Shown here: positions 47,625 through 55,596 of the stretch, one piece after another | How positions within the stretch are numbered: position 1 is the first letter of the stretch | Layout: each line of letters begins with the position of its first letter | Program-made: the position numbers and the translations under genes | Source of the DNA: Pyrinomonadaceae bacterium | GTDB taxonomy: Bacteria; Acidobacteriota; Blastocatellia; Pyrinomonadales; Pyrinomonadaceae | Reading direction: 5' to 3' | DNA: 64,000 nt | Assembly: GCA_963759665.1 (NCBI GenBank) | Contig: CAVXAC010000002.1 | Coordinates: forward strand, 482,995 to 546,994 | Notes under the pieces: generated by a model | Seen by the model: only the letters and a program-made list of their open reading frames with translations | The model's database searches: none | What the model was told of the DNA's origin: nothing

Positions 47625-48923
47625 ATGAGTGCCAGTTTTGAATACAGTGAAAGCGATACCAGCTGGTTAACTGCGAGGATGCGTTCGCAGTTGGTCCTGG
47701 CCTTTTGGTCCATCGCGGCCGCGTGTGCCGTTACGCGAGGATTTGTCACGTCGCTTCAGCCCAATCGGAGCGGGGATCTTCACGTCGTATACAGTTGGGT
47801 GAAAGGATGGTTGTGGCAAGGCGTCAGTGCCTATAATCCGGCTGGCCCGGTTGCACCAGACCCATGGCGGACCATCCATTCCGACTACCCGCCCTATGCG
47901 ATTGCGTTTCTGTCACCCATCGCCCTCGTACCGGAACAGTGGGTGGCGTTTGGATGGGTCATCATCAACCTGCTGCTGGCTGTCGTAGTGTTTCTGCTCG
48001 CATTCAGGTTATTTAATCCGGCGGCGCCGTTGCGAAAAGCTTTACTGCCCGGGCTGATCTTTCTTACGTGGGTGGGCGTGCGAGTGGGTTTGAGTAACGG
48101 TCAGTTCACTTTGCTGATGGTCTTTTTCGGATTGACGGCTGTCACGATTGCTGATCGCCGACCGGTTTTATCGGGGTTACTCCTCGGTCTCTCAATAATC
48201 AAACCCCATGTGGGCCTGGCGTTTTTTGGCTGGATGCTGGTAACGAAGCGACTGAAGCCTGCCGTGGTATCGATCGGAGTCGTGCTGCTGGGGACAGGGA
48301 TTTACGCGATCCGGTTGGGCCAAAGTCCCCTCCTCGTCGTCCAGGAATATGTCGGCGTAATTCAAATGCAATTCGGAACCGAGGCATTTGCGAGCGGAGT
48401 TTTTGAACTGCGGCCCCTCGTTCATTGGTTAGTTCCAAACTATTCTGTCGCCGAGTTCCTCAATGCTGCGATTCTCCTGACAACGGCCGCGGCCATTCTT
48501 TGGGTCGCGGTTGTAAAGAGACGGTCTGAACCCCGCGAACGTGATCTGCTCCTCTTGCAGCTATGTTGTCTTTGGGCACTAATGGCGGTTTTTCATAATC
48601 CCTATGACTCAATCCTGATGCTTCCGGTCGTGTTCGGCTTGTACAAGGCAGCCGAATCGAGCTTGTCAGAGAGGGCGCGAAAAACTGCGACGGTGCTGTT
48701 ATGGATAGTGCAGGCCGCCATGATCATTGATGTTGCAGGTCGTTGGCGGACAATAAGGAGCTGGTTTCAGCTGACGGGATATGAATCGTTGGGCTCGTTG
48801 ATCTCACAGTTTGACAGGGTCCTGGTGCTGAGCTTGTTTGTCGTCATTGCGATCGCGGCTATCTCAACAAGTCTTGCTTTTCTATCACCAGGTCGACTGC
48901 GCGAACGCGACGCCGCAGTATAA
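47625..48923 (+). CDS. polytopic membrane protein, DUF2029/GT87-like glycosyltransferase (start uncertain)
   Basis: About 10 hydrophobic segments, with DYPPYAIAFLSP and LSIIKPHVGLAFFGW motifs reminiscent of GT87. The ORF is open from 47460, and the first ATG with a plausible N-terminus is at 47625. Confidence 0.6.
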   Translation: MSASFEYSESDTSWLTARMRSQLVLAFWSIAAACAVTRGFVTSLQPNRSGDLHVVYSWVKGWLWQGVSAYNPAGPVAPDPWRTIHSDYPPYAIAFLSPIALVPEQWVAFGWVIINLLLAVVVFLLAFRLFNPAAPLRKALLPGLIFLTWVGVRVGLSNGQFTLLMVFFGLTAVTIADRRPVLSGLLLGLSIIKPHVGLAFFGWMLVTKRLKPAVVSIGVVLLGTGIYAIRLGQSPLLVVQEYVGVIQMQFGTEAFASGVFELRPLVHWLVPNYSVAEFLNAAILLTTAAAILWVAVVKRRSEPRERDLLLLQLCCLWALMAVFHNPYDSILMLPVVFGLYKAAESSLSERARKTATVLLWIVQAAMIIDVAGRWRTIRSWFQLTGYESLGSLISQFDRVLVLSLFVVIAIAAISTSLAFLSPGRLRERDAAV

Positions 48924-48937
48924 CGTGCGACTTGTCA

Positions 48938-49017
48938 AGCAAACTGTTAGTTTGCTGATCGTTCAATAAAGGCTTGATGTGGTCCTAAGGGCGACGTACG
49001 CAAACTAACAGTTTGCG
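48938..49017. repeat. pair of mutually complementary 19-nt palindromes upstream of the second gmd
   Basis: AGCAAACTGTTAGTTTGCT (48938-48956) and CGCAAACTAACAGTTTGCG (48999-49017). Same palindrome as inside the carbamoyltransferase CDS. Confidence 0.9.
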
Positions 49018-49028
49018 TTACAAAATAG

Positions 49029-50033
49029 ATGACGCGAAAAGCACTTATCACTGGAATTACTGGCCAGGACGGTAGTTACCTTACCGAGCTGCTTCTGGAC
49101 CAGGGTTATGAGGTCCACGGCCTGGTGCGACGCGTTGCGCTCGAGGCACCGGAGCGGCGAACTGGTCGAATTGCGCACCTGCTGGATCGCATCACGCTTC
49201 ACCCCGCGAGTCTTGAAAGTTATCCGAGCATATTTCACATTTTTAGCCGGTATGAGTTCGACGAGTGTTACCACCTGGCCGCCCAGAGTTTCGTTGCGGA
49301 AAGTTTCGCCGACGGCTTTTCGACGATGAACACAAACATCAACGGCACTCATTACGTCCTGGCTGCCTTGCGCGAACTGCGACCGACTTGCCGCTTTTAC
49401 TTCGCTGGCTCCAGCGAAATGTTTGGAAAAGTTCATGAGGTGCCGCAAACCGAAAACACTACCTTTCACCCGCGCAGCCCTTACGGAATCAGCAAAGTTG
49501 CCGGATTTGATTTGACGCGAAATTATCGCGAAGCCTACGGAATGCATTGCTCGAGCGGAATTCTTTTCAATCACGAAGGGCCGCGCCGAGGTTATGAGTT
49601 TGTCACGAGAAAAGTCAGCAGCACCGTTGCCAGGATCAAACTTGGCTTGGCAAACGAATTGCGAATCGGCAATTTAGAAGCGCAACGCGACTGGGGTCAT
49701 TCGAAAGATTACGTGCGCGCCATGCACCTGATGTTGCAACAGCCTGAGCCTGATGATTACGTGGTGGCCACCGGCGAATGTCATAGTGTCCGAGAATTTT
49801 GTGAGCGAGCCTTCGCCGAAGTAAGTCTGGATTATCGAAAGTACATCGTGATTGATAAGCGTTTTCAGCGACCAGCGGAAGTTGATCAACTCGTGGGTGA
49901 TGCCACCAAAGCCCGACAGGTTTTAGGCTGGGAGCCGCGTTACACCTTCGACGAGCTGGTTACGGAGATGGTCCAGGCAGATCTTGAAGCGCTCCGCTCG
50001 ACCACCCAGACTATTCCCGTGGGCACCTTGTGA
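49029..50033 (+). CDS. gmd: GDP-mannose 4,6-dehydratase, second paralogue
   Basis: 334 aa with [33 protein letters not shown] and NHEGPRRGYEFVTRK. Confidence 0.9.
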   Translation: MTRKALITGITGQDGSYLTELLLDQGYEVHGLVRRVALEAPERRTGRIAHLLDRITLHPASLESYPSIFHIFSRYEFDECYHLAAQSFVAESFADGFSTMNTNINGTHYVLAALRELRPTCRFYFAGSSEMFGKVHEVPQTENTTFHPRSPYGISKVAGFDLTRNYREAYGMHCSSGILFNHEGPRRGYEFVTRKVSSTVARIKLGLANELRIGNLEAQRDWGHSKDYVRAMHLMLQQPEPDDYVVATGECHSVREFCERAFAEVSLDYRKYIVIDKRFQRPAEVDQLVGDATKARQVLGWEPRYTFDELVTEMVQADLEALRSTTQTIPVGTL

Positions 50034-50083
50034 TAGACAGTGCGCGCTTCAGAGTTCCAGAGTCGATCGGCTGACCCTAACAC

Positions 50084-51019
50084 ATGAGAATAATAGTCAC
50101 CGGCGGCGCCGGATTTATCGGCTCACATCTTTGTGAGCGTTTGTTACAAAACGGAGATGACGTCATCTGTGTCGATAATTTTTTTACCGGGCGACGATCC
50201 AATATCATCCACCTGTTTGACAATCGTAACTTTGAAGTTGTTCGTCACGACGTAATTGAGCCGATCCTTTTGGAAGTGGACCAGATCTACAACCTCGCGT
50301 GTCCGGCGTCGCCGATTCACTATCAATACAATCCGGTCAAGACAGTGAAGACCAGCGTGATGGGCACCATCAACATGCTGGGACTCGCCAAGCGCGTCCA
50401 CGCGCGTATTCTTCAGGCCTCGACATCGGAGGTCTATGGCGATCCCGAAGTACATCCGCAACCGGAGGAGTATTGGGGTAACGTAAATCCAATCGGAGTG
50501 CGCTCTTGTTACGACGAAGGTAAGCGTCTGGCGGAAACACTGATGATGGATTACCACCGCCAAAATAAAGTCGATACCCGCATCGCCAGGATCTTCAATA
50601 CCTATGGCCCACGCATGTGTGAAAATGATGGCCGTGTCGTCTCAAACTTCATCGTGCAGGCTTTGCGTGGCGAGCCGCTTACACTTTACGGCGCCGGCGA
50701 TCAGACTCGTTCGTTCTGTTACGTCGATGATCTGGTTGAAGCCTTGATCCGGTTGATGAATATCGACAACGTTCACGAGCCGGTAAATTTGGGTAACCCT
50801 GTAGAGTTTACAATCAAAGAACTGGCTGAAGCGGTGTCGGCAATGTGCGGCGTGAGCTCACACTTCAATTATCTACCGCTTCCGCAAGATGATCCGAAGC
50901 AGCGCAGACCAGACATCACCCGCGCACAAGCGCTGTTAGGTTGGGATCCAACGATTCAACTGAAAGAAGGGCTGGAAAAGACGGTTGCGTATTTCCGGAT
51001 GACGAAGACTGAAGGATGA
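50084..51019 (+). CDS. UDP-glucuronate decarboxylase (UDP-xylose synthase family SDR)
   Basis: 311 aa with [38 protein letters not shown] and [10 protein letters not shown]. Confidence 0.85.
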   Translation: MRIIVTGGAGFIGSHLCERLLQNGDDVICVDNFFTGRRSNIIHLFDNRNFEVVRHDVIEPILLEVDQIYNLACPASPIHYQYNPVKTVKTSVMGTINMLGLAKRVHARILQASTSEVYGDPEVHPQPEEYWGNVNPIGVRSCYDEGKRLAETLMMDYHRQNKVDTRIARIFNTYGPRMCENDGRVVSNFIVQALRGEPLTLYGAGDQTRSFCYVDDLVEALIRLMNIDNVHEPVNLGNPVEFTIKELAEAVSAMCGVSSHFNYLPLPQDDPKQRRPDITRAQALLGWDPTIQLKEGLEKTVAYFRMTKTEG

Positions 51020-51077
51020 GAGAAAGATTTTCCAATCTCATGTGTCATTTCTCATTAGTCACTGCCGGGGGCTGGCG

Positions 51078-51175
51078 GCAGATTTCGCAGATTAAGAACA
51101 AGTGGACCAGCGCCGTTTCATTTTCGCCGGTCGTCGTTTGATCTGAATAATCTGCATAATCCGTGTAATCTGCGG
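51078..51175. repeat. hairpin element with GCAGATT-type repeat arms
   Basis: GCAGATTTCGCAGATTAAG (51078-51096) vs CTGAATAATCTGCATAATCCGTGTAATCTGCGG (51143-51175). The right arm has a 9-nt period (TAATCTGCA TAATCCGTG TAATCTGCG). Confidence 0.7.
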
Positions 51176-51248
51176 ATGCTCTCCCGATGACAGATGAGAA
51201 TTGAGAAACGACATATGGAAAATGGTTTTTGGCTTTGACTTCCCGCCA

Positions 51249-52526
51249 ATGAAGATATTGTTACTCAACCAGTGTTTCTACCCTGACATTGCCGCCACGG
51301 CGCAGCAGCTTACCGATCTGGCGAAGGGACTAGTCGAACGGGGACACGACGTCACTGTCGTCAGCAGCGATCGTGGGTACGACAACCCAACGCAACGCTT
51401 CCCGAGTCGTGAAACCTGGAACGGCATAAATATCATTCGCATCTCGTCGCTCACTCTGGGCAAAGGTTCGCGTTGGCGGCGCGCCGCGACCTTTGCCAGC
51501 TTTCTCGTCAATTGTTCTGCGAAGCTGCTGACGTTGCCACGATACGATGTCGTCGTCGCTCTAACATCGCCGCCGTTAATATCGTTTTTCGGCGCACTCT
51601 TTACCCGCGTAAAAGGCGGGAGGTTTTTCTTTTGGGTGATGGACCTGAACCCTGATGAAGCGATTGCAGCGGACTGGTTAAAAGAGAACTCGGCGACCGC
51701 TAATGTTCTGAAGAGATTCTTAAGGTACAGCCTCCGTCACGCGGACGGGATTATTGCGCTAGATAGTTTCATGAAACAGCGCATCGAGGGGAAGGGAATC
51801 GAAGCAGACAAAGTCACTGTCCTGCCCCCCTGGGCGCTTGACGACTCCGTTTACTTCGACGAACAGGGCGGGAAAGCGTTTCGGAAGGAATATGGCTTAG
51901 CCGACAAGTTCGTCGTCATGTATGCCGGCAACCATAGCCCTTGCCATCCGCTCGACACGCTGGTCCAGGCGGCAGAACGGTTAAAGAGCAGAAGTGACAT
52001 TGTGTTTTGCTTTGTTGGGGGAGGAAGCGAACAGCAGCGAGTGAAAGAGTATGCCGCCAGCCAGGGCTTGCAAAACATTCGATGCATTCCGTACCAGCCC
52101 CAGAGTCAACTTTCGGGGACATTATCCGCCGCAGACTTGCATGTCGTGGTCATGGGCAACGAGTTTGTCGGTATCGTCCATCCATCAAAACTTTATAACA
52201 TTATGACTATCGGAAGCCCTGTGCTTTACGTTGGCCCATCAAAAAGCCACGTTACTGAGATTCTGAGGGCGGAGGCGACGCTGGGCCACCAGGGGTACGC
52301 CAGTTACATGGTAGACCACGGCGACGTCTCCGGGGTGGAGGAAAGCATTCTAAAACAGGCGTCACGCAGTTTGAATGGCCGGCACCAACAAACTCCCATA
52401 GCCGGCCGATTTTCGAAACAGACTTTACTACCTCGTTTAATTGAGGTACTGGAATCCTCAACGCCGGCTATGGTCCATACATTCTCATCTTCACAAAGCA
52501 CCGGGGTTGTATCACCGGGCCACTGA
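51249..52526 (+). CDS. GT4-type glycosyltransferase (WcaI-like)
   Basis: MKILLLNQCFYPDIAATAQQLTDLAKGLVERGHDVTVV is a typical WcaI-like N-terminus. The ORF is open from 51201, but the ATG at 51249 fits the family start. Confidence 0.8.
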   Translation: MKILLLNQCFYPDIAATAQQLTDLAKGLVERGHDVTVVSSDRGYDNPTQRFPSRETWNGINIIRISSLTLGKGSRWRRAATFASFLVNCSAKLLTLPRYDVVVALTSPPLISFFGALFTRVKGGRFFFWVMDLNPDEAIAADWLKENSATANVLKRFLRYSLRHADGIIALDSFMKQRIEGKGIEADKVTVLPPWALDDSVYFDEQGGKAFRKEYGLADKFVVMYAGNHSPCHPLDTLVQAAERLKSRSDIVFCFVGGGSEQQRVKEYAASQGLQNIRCIPYQPQSQLSGTLSAADLHVVVMGNEFVGIVHPSKLYNIMTIGSPVLYVGPSKSHVTEILRAEATLGHQGYASYMVDHGDVSGVEESILKQASRSLNGRHQQTPIAGRFSKQTLLPRLIEVLESSTPAMVHTFSSSQSTGVVSPGH

Positions 52527-52573
52527 GCTTTATCGAGAACGGTAAGCCCAGATATATTTAGAGAGGTTCTCCC

Positions 52574-54175
52574 ATGCGCACCTATTTCGCTCTATTTTCG
52601 ATCGCGACATTCGCGTCGTTGGTTCTGTCGCCCCTCATCAGGCGACTCTGCGAACGGTTTCAGGTCCTGGATGTTCCGGCGGACAGCCGCCGAATCCATC
52701 AACGAGCGACACCCCGACTCGGTGGGATTGCCATCTTCCTTTCAGTGATGCTGGCGCTCTCATCAATTCCCCTCGTTTCGAATCTGCTTACGCAATCGTT
52801 ACAGACCTACACCTCAACGATCTTCATGATCCTGGTACCTTCGACGCTCGTGTTCCTGCTGGGAGTTTACGACGATGTGCGCGGAACGAATGCGGTCGTA
52901 AAGTTCATCGGCCTCGGGATGATCGCCGCGTTGTTTTTCGCGATGGGTGGCAGAATTGAGGCTCTCGGTATCCCATTCATGGGAACTATTCAATTCCCGC
53001 CCGTCGTTAGTTTCCTTATTACGGTCCTTTGGCTGGTGGGGATTTCCAACGCTTTCAATTTAATAGATGGAATGGACGGACTCGCATCAGGCGCCGCGCT
53101 GTTCGCTTCGATTGTGATTTTTGTGGTAGCCGTTGCCAGCGGCAACCCTTTGATGATTGTGGTGGCCCTTGTGGTTAGCGGCGCCCTTACCGGTTTTCTT
53201 CGATACAACTTCAACCCTGCATCAATATTCCTCGGCGACTCGGGCGCCCTCTTTGTAGGCTTTCTATTAGCAGCCCTTTCGATCGTGAGCGCTCAAAAAG
53301 CGACCACTGCAGTAGCGGTCATCACTCCCTTGCTGGCGTTTGGTTTGCCGGTGGTAGACACCAGTGTGACCATGGTCCGCCGAATGATCAGCCGGCGACC
53401 GATCTTTGAAGGCGATGGTGAGCACATTCATCACATGATGCTCGCCCGTGGGTTATCGCAACGACAGGTGGTACTAATCCTGTATGGCGTTTGCGCGATC
53501 TTCGGACTCGTTGCCGCACTCTCGACCACCACATCATCGCCGGTGACCGGTCTCGTCTTGTTTGTGATTGCCGTGGCGGTCCTGGTCGCAGTGGGCCACT
53601 TGCGCTACCACGAAGTTGATGAGCTTCGGGCAGGAGTCAGGCGCACCGTTGGCGGCCGGCGCGTTCGTGTGGCTAACAACATCCGCGTGCGGCGAGCAAG
53701 CCTTGCGCTTTCCAAAGCGTCAAATCTTGATGAGCTTTTCGAAGCGCTCAGCCAGATGCTTGAGTTCGAGGAATTTGCCTTCGCGAATGCGCAGCTTGGT
53801 TACCTTGGACGAGGTGAACCAAACATGCGCGCATTCAACGCCAGTCATCAACGCGGACGTACTCCGAATATAGAATTCCGGAATAATCGGGTAACCTGGA
53901 GCTGGAAGAAAAGTGGCATGAAGGAAGAAGTGATCGGCTCCTCAAAATACTGGGGTTTCCGGTTGCCCCTGGCAAACGATAGTGGTGACTGGGGTTGGAT
54001 GAATCTCTATCGCTCTCTGGATAGCCCGCCCTTGCTTCTGGAGATGGATTACGTGGCGGGGATCCTGCGAGTCGAACTTTCGGCTGCCGCCGAACGCATC
54101 TTTCGCAGCTTCGAGAAACCATACAGCTCAAGTCATTCAAATCTTCACGTGGGCGCGAAGAAGGTCACCGGATAG
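52574..54175 (+). CDS. polyprenyl-phosphate HexNAc-1-phosphate transferase (WecA/MraY family) with extra C-terminal domain
   Basis: 533 aa with 10-11 TM segments, NAFNLIDGMDGLASG, FLGDSGALFVGF and HIHH. A soluble C-terminal extension of ~170 aa follows. Confidence 0.85.
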   Translation: MRTYFALFSIATFASLVLSPLIRRLCERFQVLDVPADSRRIHQRATPRLGGIAIFLSVMLALSSIPLVSNLLTQSLQTYTSTIFMILVPSTLVFLLGVYDDVRGTNAVVKFIGLGMIAALFFAMGGRIEALGIPFMGTIQFPPVVSFLITVLWLVGISNAFNLIDGMDGLASGAALFASIVIFVVAVASGNPLMIVVALVVSGALTGFLRYNFNPASIFLGDSGALFVGFLLAALSIVSAQKATTAVAVITPLLAFGLPVVDTSVTMVRRMISRRPIFEGDGEHIHHMMLARGLSQRQVVLILYGVCAIFGLVAALSTTTSSPVTGLVLFVIAVAVLVAVGHLRYHEVDELRAGVRRTVGGRRVRVANNIRVRRASLALSKASNLDELFEALSQMLEFEEFAFANAQLGYLGRGEPNMRAFNASHQRGRTPNIEFRNNRVTWSWKKSGMKEEVIGSSKYWGFRLPLANDSGDWGWMNLYRSLDSPPLLLEMDYVAGILRVELSAAAERIFRSFEKPYSSSHSNLHVGAKKVTG

Positions 54176-55596
54176 TGTCCCGGCTCGCCACCTCAGAATT
54201 CGTTGAAGGCAGCAGAACGCTTGCGAGGCCGCGGATTGCGGGCCTACTTGGGACCATCATATTCAGTGGTCTCGTCGGGCTTCTTGTCATCACCGCAATC
54301 CCTTACGGGACCATAGAGGCTTGGTGGAAGGCGTTCTTCGTCTGCGCAGTCTTGACGTTGACGATTCTCTGGCTGATTGAGGGTTATGTCAGCGGGAGTT
54401 GGATCGATGACGGCATGTCGATAATTCTGCCGATGGCGGCCCTGGTATTGTTTGCGTTTCTCCAGACCGTGCCCTTTGGCCATCAGACCGCTCCGGGACT
54501 AACTGCCGCAATCGCGAAAACCGTCAGTGTCGATCCGTCTCAAACACGTTTCTTCGCACTCCAGCTGCTGAGCCTAACTCTTGCGGGATTGCTCCTGTTT
54601 CGTTATGCGTCGACGGAAAGGCGCATGCGAGTTCTGATTGCCGTGATCATTGCACTCGGAGTTGCGAGTGCAATATTTGGCATCCTCCGGCAAACCACAC
54701 AACGTTCACTCGGTTTTGGGTTGCCCCTGCTGCAGATGATTGGCGGCTATGGGCAATTTATCAACCGGAACCATTTCGCCTACCTGATGGAGATGGGCTT
54801 TGGGCTAACGCTTGGGTTAGTAGTTGCGCGCGGCGTCAAACGAGACAAGCTCCTGCTCTACGTTGCTGCCATCTTGCCGTTATGGATGGCGCTGGTACTT
54901 AGTGGCTCGCGCGGCGGGTTGTTTGCCATGATGGCCCAGGTGGTCGCTGCCGCTTTGCTTTTCGACATGGTGGTGAGAAGTCGCGACTTTTCAGAACCTG
55001 TTTCCAAACTCGTTTCAATTGCCAGATCGCTCCCGGTGAGATTGGGACTTTTGGTGGTATTGATCTGCGGCGTCGCCGTTGGCACGTTGTGGATGGGCGG
55101 AGATCCGTTAGCGGCGAGGGTTGAAGAGGCGCGCACCCAGCTTAGCTCTGATACAACTGACAGAAGCGGGGTAAGTCGCAGCGAGATCTGGAGGGCGTCG
55201 CGGGCCATGTTTTTCGCCAATCCGATCCTTGGTGTCGGCATGGGCGCCTACTGGGCGACGATTCCAAGATTTCACAATGCTTCCGGCTCCATGACGCCGC
55301 AACAAGCGCATAACGACTATTTAGAAGTACTTGCCAGCGGGGGAGTGGTTGGTTTTGCAATCCTTGCCTGGTTTGCGGTGGCAGTTTTCCGGCGAACGAA
55401 AGAAAACTTACGATCGGCAAATCATTTCCGGGGCGCCGCCGCCTTTGGGGCCGCCATCGGAATTGTGGGTGTGGCGGTCCACAGTCTGGTGGACTTTGGA
55501 CTGCACATCATGATTAATGCGTTCATGTTTACAACGCTGGTAGTTATTGCTACATCGAAACCCCGCTGGTCCAATCGATTGGTCGACGAAACCTGA
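54175..55596 (+). CDS. Wzy_C-domain protein (O-antigen ligase / polymerase / O-oligosaccharyltransferase family)
   Basis: 473 aa, polytopic, with SGSRGGLFAMM and QQAHNDYLEVLASGGVVGF, typical of PF04932. The GTG start overlaps the upstream stop. Confidence 0.8.
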   Translation: MSRLATSEFVEGSRTLARPRIAGLLGTIIFSGLVGLLVITAIPYGTIEAWWKAFFVCAVLTLTILWLIEGYVSGSWIDDGMSIILPMAALVLFAFLQTVPFGHQTAPGLTAAIAKTVSVDPSQTRFFALQLLSLTLAGLLLFRYASTERRMRVLIAVIIALGVASAIFGILRQTTQRSLGFGLPLLQMIGGYGQFINRNHFAYLMEMGFGLTLGLVVARGVKRDKLLLYVAAILPLWMALVLSGSRGGLFAMMAQVVAAALLFDMVVRSRDFSEPVSKLVSIARSLPVRLGLLVVLICGVAVGTLWMGGDPLAARVEEARTQLSSDTTDRSGVSRSEIWRASRAMFFANPILGVGMGAYWATIPRFHNASGSMTPQQAHNDYLEVLASGGVVGFAILAWFAVAVFRRTKENLRSANHFRGAAAFGAAIGIVGVAVHSLVDFGLHIMINAFMFTTLVVIATSKPRWSNRLVDET

